Assembly: GCA_028534125.1 (NCBI GenBank)
Contig: CM052840.1
Location: forward strand, 21,638,001-21,702,000
Source: Lama glama
Lineage: Eukaryota
DNA: 64,000 nt
Reading direction: 5' to 3'
Shown here: positions 37,350-50,933 of the stretch, in pieces
How positions within the stretch are numbered: the stretch's first letter is position 1
How the letters are laid out: the number at the start of each line of letters is the position of its first letter
Notes under the pieces: generated by a model
Told to the model about the DNA's origin: nothing
The model's database searches: none
What the model saw: only the letters and a program-made list of their open reading frames with translations
Position numbers and translations under genes: made by a program

Positions 37350-39149
37350 TATGTGTTTCATGCTGTGATTAGTAGCATTATAAAACTTCCCTCAAACACC
37401 TTGAAGAATTAGGAAACTAGACGGCATCTATTCAAAATCAGCTTAAAGACTGATACATCCCACGACAGTCATAAAAATTATTTAGAAAAGAGCGAATCAC
37501 TTTTACCTGGAATAGTTCATTCATTCAGTGAATATTATTGAGTGTCTACGCTGCAGATTCTATGTAGACGCTCAATACTTTTCTAAACATTGAGGATCCA
37601 ATGGATAACAAAAGATGCGGAGGCCCTGCCCTCATGGGGCTTATATTTCAGTGGGAAATGGTTAGAGACGGCTTCATACTCTTCATGTTGTATCTATTAT
37701 GTCTTCTTGAAATGAATGAAGACTGACTCTCCCCTGATGCTGTTTCTTCTTCAGCGATTTTTGTGGATGTGAATCATTCTCTGACGTCCTATGTAATTCA
37801 GAAATCAAGAGGCCAGTGTCAGCATCCCCTGCCTCTCTTCTGCCATACACCCTCCCAGGTTATTACCTTTCTGCCTTCCTCGAATACTTCCTTTAATACA
37901 CCAATCTGTGAGACCCAGGCTCTTTGGCCACTCAAGTTATTTTCTCTGATTTGCTCATCTTGACTATCATCTTGCCCTGTTCCCTGAGTCAGTAAAAACT
38001 TGAGCACATAGATTTTTGCCCCTTCCTCTCTCTCCACCCCCAAACTGCCAGCACCCTGTGTGGTTTCAACTGTTGTGGGAGCAGTCCTTCAGCAGCTCAG
38101 CCTCTCAGATCCTTTACCTTCTCGTCGGTAGGAAACTTGACCTTGACCATGCTCTTAAGTTCTTGCTTTCACTTTGGGATCCTGGATGTTACTTTCACTT
38201 AGAAATACTCCAGGTCTAACACACTAAATTCAAATGTCCCACTGTCCACTGTCCAGCAACAAACAACCATCCCCCAGCTCTTTCCCTCATTTACTCGCGT
38301 GAAAAGTATTAGTGTTCTTTGAAACTCTCAGTTTTGTAACCCTCCCAGCTCTCACTTTCTGTTTTCTTTCTAAAGTAGCTTCAGAGGATAGAACCTGAGT
38401 TTTCTTCTCAGTCTTCTCAACTTTTTTGCCCTCTTATTACTCCAATTTATTCATGTGAAAACCCATCAAAACTAGATCAATATATTTGTCTGGGTTTTTG
38501 ACACCCAAACCAAGGGGTCCTGAGTTCTGCCAAAAAGGAATTCGATAAACATACAGATTGGTGCCATTTTTGTATCCAATATTCTCCAGTGTCCAATTGG
38601 CTTCTAAATACATGCTGTCAGCCTTTCTTTATTGCCCTAGTGTTTTGCTGCACATTTGCCATTGCCAGTTCTTCAGTCATTGTCCACAGTTCTTCAAGCT
38701 CTGACCTCTCTGAATCTCAGCAAATGACTTCACTTTTCACCTCAAATTGAAACTCTTGGATGAGATTCCTCAGTTTGCTACCATGAACCTTTCCTACATC
38801 AGAACTGAGGTTTTTCTGCTTCTTTTAGGAAACAAAGAAGAACTGCTCATCCCCAGCCGAGGGCTAGTCCCCCTCTGGGTCCTCTTCTGCCTTGGCGAGG
38901 ACCTCTCTGTCAGTTAGCCCTACTTTTCCGGTGTCTTTATCTCTCCTCCTTCGCTAGCTCCTTCCATCAGCCTTTGATAGGCTCACGTCTCTTACATGTG
39001 AAAGGAAAATAAGACAAACATGGGAAAAAATGCCTTGTTTGAGTTTCATCTCCCACAAATGCCCCCGGCCTCGCCTCTTTCACTTTCAGAATCATGTTCC
39101 CTACCTCCATGGGCTCTTTCTTTTCTTCCTAACCCCCTGTATATTTTTC

Positions 39150-39265
39150 TTTTTTTTTTTAACATTTTTTATTGATTTATAATCATTTTACAATGTGGTG
39201 TCAAATTCCAGTGTTCAGCACAATTTTTCAGTCATTCATGGACATATACACACTCGTCACATTTT
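39150..39265 (-). mobile_element. Short young L1 3' end inserted in or next to an MLT1 LTR fragment (39266-39378)
   Basis: Poly(T), then aacattttttattgatttataatcattttacaatgtggtgtcaaattccagtg, nearly identical to 44516 onward; followed by cttaacttgatcacatctgcaaagaccctatttt...aaggtcacattcacag (MLT1). Confidence 0.85.
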
Positions 39266-40299
39266 CTCTTAACTTGATCACATCTGCAAAGACCCTATTT
39301 TCCAACAAGGTCACATTCACAGATATGAGGGTTAGGACTTGAATGTATCTTTTAGGGGAACAAGATTCAACCCACGACCCTTCCATTGGCTCCATAATGA
39401 CTTCACCACTCAGTTGGAACCATTCTCACCAGGTTATCAAAGTTCTTGCAGAGCCAATTTGGGGCCAGTGTGAGGGTTGTATAGTTCATGATACTTGGAC
39501 AGGCTATTGATCATTTTCTCCATCACAGAACAGTCTTTTCCGGGTGTCTGTGGCAACCATCTTCTCAATTTCCCTGTTACTGCTCAGGCTCTGATACATC
39601 CTTCTCTTCTGTTCCTTCCACCCACAAGTATTGGTTTCTCTCAAGGTTCTTCTTGGAACACTCTGCCCCATATCCTTGTGATGATGATCACTCCAATTCA
39701 GACATTTGTTCTAAGCTGTGGACATTTTTCCATCTACATATTGGACACGCCTGCCTCAGGCAGTTCACTCCAACTTCCTACAACTGAATTTGCTGTACCT
39801 GCCACCTCCCATAAAATGTGTTCTGTTTCCTGAGCTTCCCACCTCAGGATCATGACCGAGAACACTCATGCTATTAGTATTGGTATTACTAACAATAAAA
39901 CTCACCCTTTTGCCAGAAATAAAAACCCGGATTTAATCTTGGACTCCTTTCATCTTGCACATCCAGTCTTAAACTAAAATCCAAAGTCCTTGTGCTGGTC
40001 TACAGCCCTTCCTGGCCCTCGTCTCCTTTCTTAGCTTTCTCTTTTGTTATTCTCCCACTCCCATTTATTTCTGTAGAGCTGGGCTGCTTTCTTTTTGTTT
40101 AGATTTCTTTGTTTAAATACAGCAAGCCTTCCCATTTCCCGGCCTTTGGACTTGCTGTTTACCCGGACTGGAATTCTCTTTTTCCAGGTCTTCAGATGGC
40201 TGGATTGTTTACCTTGAGTTCTCGGACCTTATCCAACCTTCTCTGTATTAGGATAACCCTAGATGATGTAAACGCACACACGCTCATGTTGGCATCTTG

Positions 40300-40975
40300 T
40301 GGCAGACACAGTAGAAATTTACTTCTTATTCACACCCCAAGCTGGTGAAGAGTTTGGTCAGTAGAGCTTCCTTGCTCTCCACAATCAGGGACACAGGCCG
40401 ATGAAGGCTCTGCCATCTTTAACACATGATTCCCCAGGCTGCTCTGGAGTTACCTCCATGGCTGTAGCAGATGAGGAAAGAGAATGAAGGACAGTAAGTT
40501 GGATATTTTTATGGACCAGGCCTGGGAGGGACACGTTTCATGTCTGCCCACATTCTAATGGCCGCAACTCAGTCTCACAGCTGCCCCTAACCAGCAGGGA
40601 CATTCAGTAGGTGGCCTAAAACAAAACTCATTTGCTTGCCTTCAGTTCTGTGAGTAAGAAGTTCGGATGGGCTTAGCTGGGTTCCCCATTAGGGTCTCCT
40701 AAGGCCAAGAACAAGGAGTTGAGCAGTTTGAGCTCTCTTCTGGAGGCGCTGGGGAAGAATTTACTTCCAGGCTTATTCAGGTTGTTGGCAGAATTCAGTC
40801 CTTGCTGTGATCAAGCTAATGTCCCCATTTCCTTATAGGCTGTCAGCCTAGGGCTGGCTTCAACTTCTGGAAGCTTCATTTGGGTCCCCTCACAGGCCCC
40901 TCCACCTCAGTGATGAGGATCTCTTCTTGAAGAGCGAGTCACTGGCAGTCATTCTTAGCAGTCTTCCCACTACAA
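40300..40975 (-). mobile_element. Two adjacent old MaLR LTR fragments (MLT1K-like then MLT1E-like)
   Basis: ggaccaggcctgggagggacacg...gcccacattctaatggccgcaactcagtc; then ctggggaagaatttacttccaggcttattcaggttgttggcagaattcagtcc. Confidence 0.65.
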
Positions 40976-42872
40976 AGTTCAGGGGCAGAATTACGCAGGT
41001 GTGACTTTGCTAAGCCTTGGTTTCCCAGTGAACTGGAAATAACAGTAACCTACTTCAGAGACTTAATATGAGAATTAAATGTGCTAATGCAAAAAAAAAA
41101 TGTTGGTGCTCACAATGCTTGTGGAAGTTTAATTAACACTTGCTTTTTCTTGTAGAAATAATAGCTGTTGTTAAAACGTGATAAAGATTCTTAATACCAA
41201 AAGTCCCATGCAGACATGTCTCTTGACTACATATTCAGTTGAATTCAGAAAATATTCGTTGAGCATCTACTGTATACAAGTTACTACATCAAAGGTTGGA
41301 AGTTACATACGTGGTTACGGTATTTTCATTTTTCCTCAAAGCGTTCCCAGTTCAATTGCTTGGATGGAAATATACACAGCTAAACATGGTGCTGTGCTGT
41401 TTTCTGTAACAGGTGTGAGAGCAAAGAAAGAAGCAATTAATCAGGAAGATAGTGTCACAGAGGAGGTGAATTGTTGGGGGCTTTAGAGTGGCGTTTCAGA
41501 GCTGAGGAACAGACAAACCCAAGGATCTTGGTGGAACAGTCAACGGCACAGAGCTGTGAATGTGCGTCTCATGCAAATTAAACAGCACACGGTTAACTGT
41601 GACTGACCACCCTGGGTAAGTGGCCAACAGCAGGGAGAGGCAAGGCAGGGGTCAGAATATCCCAGGTGCTACATGGATGCTGAGACACGTGAACTTTGTT
41701 CTGAGGCAGTGGAGAATCACTGACGTAATGACACAACGTGAGCTAATCAATTACAGAAAGTAAATAACTGAAATAGGACTTTACTCCAGAATAGTTCCGG
41801 CTGAACTTATACAGCTGTTGTCTCTGTTCAGTGGGCGAAAGGACTAGTCATTTAGAATTTTAAATGAAAAAGCTAATTGGACCTAACAATGCAGATGGCA
41901 GGGGAGTGAGGAGAAGAGGAGAGAAAAGCATTAGGTTTATTTGTTAACAGCTCTATTGTATTACATTTCTGTGCATTAGTCAGTGTAAAATAAAATCTAC
42001 TTATTTTAAATCCTTTTAAATGGTGTTTAAATATTTCCTGATGACACAATCCGCTAGAGTGTTTACCCTTGGTACGTATTTCCATTAACCTTGTTGCTGA
42101 TACTAAGGCTAAACTGTATATTTTTAGGGGTCTTGATATGGAATAAACCCTAGTGACATCATTATAAAACCACATCTGGATAAGCTTTAGAGTCTTTGTC
42201 TTTCTATCCGATTTAGAAAATTCAACAAACTATAGGAGAATGCCACTATTAACAGACTCTGCATCTGCAGATTATTAGAGTGCCCTTTCTCTAAAAATAA
42301 AGGCAGAGAGGGATTAAAAACTCTGAAGCTATAAATGCTGTAGAGGAGTATCCAGTACACAGACATCAGGGACTTTAGGGGAATTTAGTTGTATTGAATG
42401 TATAATAAGAAAAACGAGGCAGAATTTAAATTCAAGGTACTCGTTCCTCACATCTTACTTTTGTCAATATTTTTCACTGTCCATGTGAATACTCCAGTTC
42501 CCTTAATATTTTTATAAATTATTTTCAAAATGGTATCTTCATATCATAGATACAAACAATGAATGCCCAGGAAAGCGTAGGTTACTTCTTTTAGTAGAAG
42601 AATGACTTGATGATGGAATCAGGAAGAAAATGCTTTACTTCATTCTCCTAAGTACTTGATAGCTATCTTAAATTGGAAAGAAATGCCTTTTACACTATAT
42701 TTGATTTTATCCATGGCAAATGTTTGACTGCTTCAAAAACAGTGATTATTATTCATTCTTGGTTTTACAAAGTAAATATATGTTTTAGTTCTGAGTCCTG
42801 AGTCTTTCCATTGTAAATGTTGGAAATTCAACTATTTCATTTTTGTTTCTTTCTGGAATGAGATTCACTCAC

Positions 42873-43142
42873 TTTTTTTTTTTGAGGAAGGAGGGAGAGG
42901 GGTAAACAAAGTTTATTCTAGGAAGTGCAACTCATTGAGAGATAAAACCATTTTAAAATTTACATATATGTACCATTCATTGTTTCTAAGAACAATTTTT
43001 ATAGCTTTAGTTTTTTAAACTTACATAGTTATCAAAGGAATAAAGCCAACCACAAAATAAGAATCAGCAGAATGCAGTAATCCAATCATAAAGGTCAGTG
43101 AAATGTGCTTACACATAATCAAGAAACCAGTTATCTAAATTA
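42873..43142 (-). pseudogene. Polyadenylated non-L1 sequence (retrocopied 3' UTR or transduced flank), source unidentified
   Basis: Minus strand has AATAAA (42912-42917) 28 nt before an A11 tail (42873-42883); no similarity to the L1 3' ends elsewhere in this window; lies inside the same TSD pair as the adjoining L1. Confidence 0.6.
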
Positions 43143-44246
43143 TAAATAAGTAGTTCGTTTCTGTCCTTTTTGTTTTTTTGGAGTCCACATATAAGCGATA
43201 CATATGGCATTTTTTCTTTATCTTTCTGGCTTACTTCACTTAGAATGATGATCTCCAAGTCTATTCATTGCTACTGCAAGTGGCNNNNNNNNNNNNNNNN
43301 NNNNNNNNNNNNNNNNNNNNNNNNNNNNNNNNNNNNNNNNNNNNNNNNNNNNNNNNNNNNNNNNNNNNNNNNNNNNNNNNNNNNNNNNNNNNNNNNNNNN
43401 NNNNNNNNNNNNNNNNNNNNNNNNNNNNNNNNNNNNNNNNNNNNNNNNNNNNNTTTTGAATTATTTTTTTCTCTGGGTATATGCCCAGGAGTGGGATTGC
43501 TGGATCATATGATAAGTCTATTTTTAGATTTTTAAGGAACCTCCATACATCCTCCATAGTGGCTGCACCAATTTACGTTCCCACCAACAGTGTATATATT
43601 GTACACACTACTTGTATATGTTGGAAATTAGTCCCTTGTCAGTCACATCATTTGAAAATATTTTTTTCCATTCTATAGATTGGCTTGTTTTGTTGATGGT
43701 ATCCTTAACTGTGCAAAAGCTTTTAAGTTTAATTAGATCCCATTTGTTTATTTTTGCTTTTAATTTCATTATTCCAGGAGCTGGTTCAGAAAATACATTT
43801 CTGTGATTTATGTCCAAGAATGTTCTTCCTGTGTTTTCCCCTAGGAGTTTTATAGTAACTGGTCTTAACATTTGAGTCTGTAATCCATTTTGAGTTTATT
43901 TTTGTATATGATGTGAGAGAATGGTCTAATTTCAGTCTTTTACAGGTAGCTGTCCAATTTGCCCAGCACCACTTATACAAGAGACTGTCTTTTCTCCATT
44001 GTATATTCTTGCCTCCTTTGTTGTAGATTAATTGACCATAAATGTGTGGATTTCCAAACTTTTTCTCCTGTNNNNNNNNNNNNNNNNNNNNNNNNNNNNN
44101 NNNNNNNNNNNNNNNNNNNNNNNNNNNNNNNNNNNNNNNNNNNNNNNNNNNNNNNNNNNNNNNNNNNNNNNNNNNNNNNNNNNNNNNNNNNNNNNNNNNN
44201 NNNNNNNNNNNNNNNNNNNNNNNNNNNNNNNNNNTTAACATTTTTG
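43143..44246 (-). mobile_element. 5'-truncated L1 (ORF2 3' region plus partial 3' UTR) with an internal deletion
   Basis: Minus-strand ORFs give L1 ORF2 peptides ([24 protein letters not shown]; KAKINKWDLIKLKSFCTVK; VWRFLKNLKIDLSYDPAIPLLGIYP), frameshifted. Confidence 0.92.
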
Positions 44247-44515
44247 GATTCACTCATTCTTGTAACTGTGGGATTTCTCCATATACTGGAAAACATGATG
44301 AGCAGCAGCTCTGAATTCATTCCCTACTGTCTGGGAAAATTTCCCAACTCCAGATTGAAAAACACTGAGAAAGGATGCTCATTGGTCCATCTTGGATCAT
44401 ATGCCCAACTTTGGGGCCAAAGCGGCAAGATATTGTTACTAGAAGAAGAGAAGAAACTAAAATACAGCCCCAGAGGAAATCATTATAGTCTGAAGCACCA
44501 TCCCAAATGTTGACT

Positions 44516-45342
44516 TTTTTTTAAACATTTTTGATTGATTTATAATCATTTTACAATGTTGTGTCAAATTCCAGTGTAGAGCACAATTTTTCAGTTATAC
44601 GTGAACGTATATATATATATATNNNNNNNNNNNNNNNNNNNNNNNNNNNNNNNNNNNNNNNNNNNNNNNNNNNNNNNNNNNNNNNNNNNNNNNNNNNNNN
44701 NNNNNNNNNNNNNNNNNNNNNNNNNNNNNNNNNNNNNNNNNNNNNNNNNNNNNNNNNNNNNNNNNNNNNNNNNNNNNNNNNNNNNNNNNNNNNNNNNNNN
44801 NNNNNNNNNNNNNNNNNNNNNNNNNNNNNNNNNNNNNNNNNNNNNNNNNNNNNNNNNNNNNNNNNNNNNNNNNNNNNNNNNNNNNNNNNNNNNNNNNNNN
44901 NNNNNNNNNNNNNNNNNNNNNNNNNNNNNNNNNNNNNNNNNNNNNNNNNNNNNNNNNNNNNNNNNNNNNNNNNNNNNNNNNNNNNNNNNNNNNNNNNNNN
45001 NNNNNNNNNNNNNNNNNNNNNNNNNNNNNNNNNNNNNNNNNNNNNNNNNNNNNNNNNNNNNNNNNNNNNNNNNNNNNNNNNNNNNNNNNNNNNNNNNNNN
45101 NNNNNNNNNNNNNNNNNNNNNNACTGTTTTCCACAGTGGCTGCACCAAACTGCATTCCCACCAGCAGTGTGGGAGNNNNNNNNNNNNNNNNNNNNNNNNN
45201 NNNNNNNNNNNNNNNNNNNNNNNNNNNNNNNNNNNNNNNNNNNNNNNNNNNNNNNNNNNNNNNNNNNNNNNNNNNNNNNNNNNNNNNNNNNNNNNNNNNN
45301 NNNNNNNNNNNNNNNNNNNNNNNNNNNNNNNTCATTTGTATG
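44516..45342 (-). mobile_element. Young 5'-truncated L1 (mostly gapped) with 13-bp TSD
   Basis: L1 3' terminus at 44516-44622, ORF2 island ttccacagtggctgcaccaaactgcattcccaccagcagtg at 45123-45175; TSD CCAAATGTTGACT at 44503-44515 and 45343-45355. Confidence 0.9.
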
Positions 45343-45518
45343 CCAAATGTTGACTCTTAATAATTCTAAAATTTGGCTCCAAAATTTGTTATATTTACAA
45401 ATATTAGACTCTTACTGCTAATAAAGCCTCAGCTTCACTTTTATTTATAATTTTTATGTGCATGCATTTAGCAGTATGTCTCCTTGGAAATCATGCAACT
45501 CTGCTGTCTACCCATATT

Positions 45519-45572
45519 CTTTTTTTTTTTAAATTTTATTGATTTATAGACAGTTTATAATGTTGTGTCAGG
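45519..45572 (-). mobile_element. Extremely truncated L1 3' tip (~54 bp) with 9-bp TSD
   Basis: Poly(T) plus aaattttattgatttatagacagtttataatgttgtgtca; TSD ACCCATATT at 45510-45518 and 45573-45581. Confidence 0.8.
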
Positions 45573-47954
45573 ACCCATATTATTCCTTTTGAGAATTTCT
45601 CTGAAATTTTATCTGTTTTCTTAAAATTGAATCTATTATGTTGATTTATTTCCTCCCTTTTTTTGAAACCCTCAAATATGTCAAGGCATGTCTTTTTTCC
45701 CAAAATAAGAATTGAATTTTTAGAATATTACTCTATCCTTTTTTGTATTGAAGGAAGCCCATTCATCTCTTGATCTCTATCACCTAAATAGGACATCTCA
45801 GAGCCCTCCTACTACCGTTAGCAATGCATTACACCCATGGTATCAGTTTTGCAGCTAAAGTCTAAATAGCTTAAATGCCCTTTCTTTGTTCATTTGTGTT
45901 GTTTCAACATATATATGTAAAAATATCACCTTTTATTTTCTGGCTCTAAAAGAATTGCTGAAAATAGAGCAGTAAACCTCATGGAACCTTTAAGCCCTAA
46001 GTTAAGCATTGTTTTAACTTTGGTTTCAGTTAGCTAGTTTAAGTCCAGGGGCTACATAACACTAATAGAAGTAACAAAACATAGCAATAAATAGTATCCC
46101 AAACATCTCAAAGACTTTTACATTTTATTATGCTTGAGATTGTTCCAAAGTTACTGACTTTTCTAACCCTATGCAGACATACATACCAAAATAATATAAT
46201 GTAATATAGTATAATGTAATATAATATAAATGAAAAGCCTAAGGAACAAGAGACAACTAGTTAAACAAGTTGTGGCTAATAAGTAATCTGTACATTTAAA
46301 TACTGTGTAGTCATTTAATAGAATGAACAGATCCTTATCAGTAGGGTAGCATCTTCAAAGTATGTTGTACAGCACTTGTGCAGAAAAGTACATCTATGCT
46401 CTGCTAACACATGCATGTTTGATTACATACTTAGGCGATTTCTGGAGGTACATATAAACGTGTAATAATTGCTAAGCTGAAAAGTAAGAATAGAGGGAGA
46501 CTTACTTTTCATGTAAGCTCTTTTCTATCTTTTGGATTTTGTATCATACATATAAATGTATTGTCCATTCAAAACTAAGTCCAATTTAAAAATAAAATTA
46601 TTACAAAATGGTAAATTATAAATACTAAAGAAGATTTGGAAAAAAAATGGGAAAAATTGCCCATGATTTTACCCACTGGAGACAATTAGTAGTTAGATTT
46701 TGACTTGGGCATGTACTATCTGCTAATGTTGTTTTTTAATGCAGAGATAACACACATATACTTTGGATCAGACTGTTTCACAGTCTTTTACCACTTTATA
46801 ATACATAGTGATTATAATGTCAACTTAGTAAGTTATTTTTTCTAACTGTTTTAAATGACTGCATGGTGTTTTAAAATATTTCAAAATGTATTTAAGCAAA
46901 TCATGACGATAATTGGATTATTTCTTATTTTTCTCTTTTATAAACACTGCAATTTCAACATCCTTTTATATAACATTTTATATATATACATTTCTAATTT
47001 CTTAAAATTAACTCCCCAAATCTTTTTGTGCATTATTTAAAGTGATATATTCTTCTTCCTATGTTGTAAATATTTTTAACATTCATTAAATATGCTTACC
47101 ATGTTCATGGCACTATAATTCTGTTTTTTTCTATTCGTCATTTTTTTTACCTCATTTATGGTGATTTTGAAATGAAGTCATGTTTGCTTAATCTTGTAGT
47201 CAAATCTAGAAATGCCTTCCTTCATAGTTTCTCCCTTAGGTTAAAAAACTTAGATTTTCTTCACCCCAAGGACAGATAATTTTTTCCTGATGTTTTTCTT
47301 GATACTTTGTAATTTCAAACTATTTTCATATGTACCAGCTCCTATGAGCCTTTAAATTACCTAATGATATATAAACGTTAAACACTTTTATTTCTATTTA
47401 GTAGATGAGGAAATAGAGATTCTGAAAATTTAATTGATTTGTCAGGAATCATAAAGCTAGTTAATAGCAAAGCTAAGACTAAAATTTTGGTGCTCTAACT
47501 TTCTGACTCCCAAATCCCAAATCTCAACTAGCTATGTTTAAAGTAAAAGAATAATGAGAAATTCCATTACATTATTAATAATATTCAGTGGTATCAAAAT
47601 ATTAGTACAACATTCATATCTTCGTCGTGTTATCAATGTATTTTTAAAGACAACATGTCAATTAAAATGTCTCTTATTCAAATGTTAGCTTTAGTTTTTA
47701 AAATTTAAAGCAAGCTTACTTGTGTTAAATAGGAACTGTCTAATATTGTGTGCTCATAAATCAAGGAGCTAAATGTAGAAAATATGGGTCTGCAGAGTGT
47801 AGTATTGATAGAGAGGGGCCATTTCTTCAGAGGCAGTCATGAAAAGTTATGCAGTGTAAACTGGAATTTTTATGACAGTATGACCTCATATCATTCCAAT
47901 TTCAATTAACTATGGACATGAAAGAATAATATATCCTTTTAATCCACTCACAGA

Positions 47955-48353
47955 AGTGGGAGTTTGCTAGAGCTGCCATGGCAGACTAGCAGACTGGGTA
48001 GCTTCAATAACAGGAATTTATTTTTNNNNNNNNNNNNNNNNNNNNNNNNNNNNNNNNNNNNNNNNNNNNNNNNNNNNNNNNNNNNNNNNNNNNNNNNNNN
48101 NNNNNNNNNNNNNNNNNNNNNNNNNNNNNNNNNNNNNNNNNNNNNNNNNNNNNNNNNNNNNNNNNGGGTCTTTGCATCCAACATTCCTCCTGTAAGAACA
48201 GCGATCAAACTGGATTAGGGCGCGCACTGACAGCCTCATTTATTGCAGTAACCTCTTTAAAGGCCCTATATCCAAATACAGTCACTTTCTGAGGTGCTGA
48301 GGGCTAGGGAGTGAATGTATGGATTTTGGAGGGACATAGTTCAGCTCGTAACA
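47955..48353 (-). mobile_element. MaLR solo LTR (MLT1A/B-like) containing a gap
   Basis: agtttgctagagctgccatggcagac...ctctttaaaggccctatatccaaatacagtcactttctgaggtgctg...acatagttcagctcgtaaca. Confidence 0.8.
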
Positions 48354-50933
48354 GTAGGTATAGTTTGCAGTGACTGTGTACAGCTGCACACCAAGGTAGT
48401 GAAAATTCAACAGACACATTTTCCTCTTTCCTTCCCTCCCTCCCTCCCTTCTGTCCTTTTTTTTCAGGAAGTGAGGCTTAAAGAATGTTAGAACAAAGTA
48501 TTTTCTAGAATGCTGATTTGTGGTTCTTTCATTCATTCACTTACTCATTCGTTCATCCATTCGTGCAAGTACAATACACAAATACAAATAGTTGACTCAG
48601 GACTGACCTGGTGCTCGTAGACATGTGTTTTACAGTTTTCCTCTGTGTGTTCCTGTCTCTCATATCATGTAGCCTGCTCTACCAGAATTATTATTGGTTG
48701 ACTTAGTTGCTTTCTCACTGGGTTGTGAGTGCCTTGAGGGCAGGAACTGTATCTTTCATTCTATCCTGAAGATATGGAAGGGTGCATGCATATAGGAAAA
48801 GAACAACAGAGGATGCTTCAGAATGAAGAAATCAATTTTTTCACTTATGTCAAAACTAGATTCTATTTTCTGGTTAATTTTCCAGGATGCCAGACAGGTA
48901 TTCAGAGGGATGTTCAGGGGTTGACTCTTTTATCTGAGACTGACAGACAAGTTGGTTGGTTGGTATCGGAAAAGTGACACATGACCCCAGTGCTTGACAT
49001 ACATTGGGTAAATGTTTGCTTTTTATTTCTCTGTGTCACGTAGATACACAGATGATGCAAAGCTCATAAGCACACAATTTGTGCCATATCCCTGAGACAT
49101 ACCATCCCGTGGCTATAAATATGACTCATTCGATTACATTAAAGGACACAAAAATTGATCGACGGTTTGAAACTTTCAAAGGAGTTATGTAATTCAGTTC
49201 CATGTAACCAGAACTAAAAGACTATATAATTTCAACATAAAATAGTTGTTTTACAATGAGTGAGAAACTTCAGATGAGTGTTAGTGAATGACCTACGACT
49301 TAGATGCAGGCGTCTTACTTGCTTGACTGAAAATCCCACCCTGCATTGGTTATACCTCCTAGTTGCAGTCAAACATAGAAGGGTAGAGAAAGAGTTCAAG
49401 TTAAAAAAAAAATTCTAGTAGAGTTCAGGAAAGTTTGTTTTATATAACCCAACTTTTAAAGCCTGTTTTCCAAGACAATATTCTTGTACTGCCCTCCCGC
49501 CGTTTTCTCCACCCTATTGTGGAAATGTATGCAAGTCCAGCCACTGCTAGGGATATACTACCAAGTATGCGAATGTTTGAATATCTATTTCATGTGGAGG
49601 GATTAGAAAGTCACTTTCTGCCACTCAGGTAGCTCTATTATGCAAAAATCAAGAGGATGCGGGTCATAAATTCTATTAGGTTGGAACTCTGGGTGTTGGA
49701 AAGACTAGTTAGATAATTTTAAGAGATTTCCCTCTCCTCTGAATCACTGCTATAAAGTTAAGCTTGGTTTTTAAAATATAAATCAAATAAATGTTTTCCA
49801 TGAAGCTACATACTTTTAGTGTAAACTGAACTCCCACAAACTTTTGAGTAGGCATTTCTCAAATTCATCATCTATCGAATTCTTCCTCTGAAAAAATGTT
49901 TTATAGACATTGAAGTTTGGCTTTCATATTTTTTCTAGTATTTTGTTTTAATGACAGCTGTACTTCAATCTATCACTGTAAAGAAAGAGATGATTTTAAA
50001 ACGTGTGCTGTAAATAAAACTAGCTCATAAGTGCTGACATTAACCAAACATTAATCAAGATATTTCATGAACATTTCTCAGTGTAATTAAGGGAAAAAAT
50101 CTTATAAAACTACTACCATGAAAAGTCTGAGAAAATTTCATCATAATTTCAGTGATAGTGAAGCTATTCACCAAATATAAAGAGACAAAGAGATGACGGC
50201 TCTAAGACAAATTTAACAGGTACATATTAATTCCTTCTCTTTGATGGATAGAGTAGCGTATGTAAACACATACCTGGGTTTGTATTTTATCAGTACTCTC
50301 ATAATTTATTTTATATGTGATTTACTGTATCATGATGAAAAACTAGGAGCCTAAAAATATGAGCATTTGGAGGCTATTAGTAAAATATTAATGGTAATAT
50401 ATTATCTTCAGTTTTGTGTCTGTAAGTGTTTTGGTGCTAACGTCCTCACTGTAAATTGTTGTTAATCAGTGGAACTTTAGTTCTTCCCTGAATTAGTTCT
50501 TCTTGTAAGTATCTCGGTCTTCATTGCAAGAGAGGCACCATCATTTGTAATTTTGCACCAATATTCTTCTCAAACCATTTACCATTTTACATTGTAATTT
50601 ACTGAATAAACTAAAGTGGTTTGGGATCATTGGTATATAATAAATATCTATACCAGAGGAAACACAACATCTCTGCAATTTGAAAAACCTAACCCAAAGC
50701 AATGTGTAATTCAAAAGAGGTATCTGAAAATATCTTGCCCAGATCTTGTTACCTGCTGTGTCTCAGCATATAAAACACATAGTAGACATGTGTAGCAGAG
50801 ACCCAACAAATATTTATGGAATGAATAAAGAAATAAGTGACAAAATACACTTCCTTTCCCCAAAATCAACTATATATTTTGGTTAGCTGGAAAATTTTAT
50901 CTCATCTTTAGATAATTACATGTTAAACATTTT

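Noticed and set aside
43261-44253. Minus-strand ORFs with real protein similarity
   Set aside because: Frameshifted L1 ORF2 fragments, not a host gene or a functional reverse transcriptase.
44561-45421. Long ORFs (185-286 aa) in the track
   Set aside because: Artefacts of translating through N-gaps; the same applies to all X-rich ORFs.
45466-45520. ATTTAGCAGTAT resembling the start of the next USH2A exon (DLAV...)
   Set aside because: No AG acceptor in front and the reading diverges at once (DLAVCLLGNH); the true exon 33 appears to lie beyond the window.
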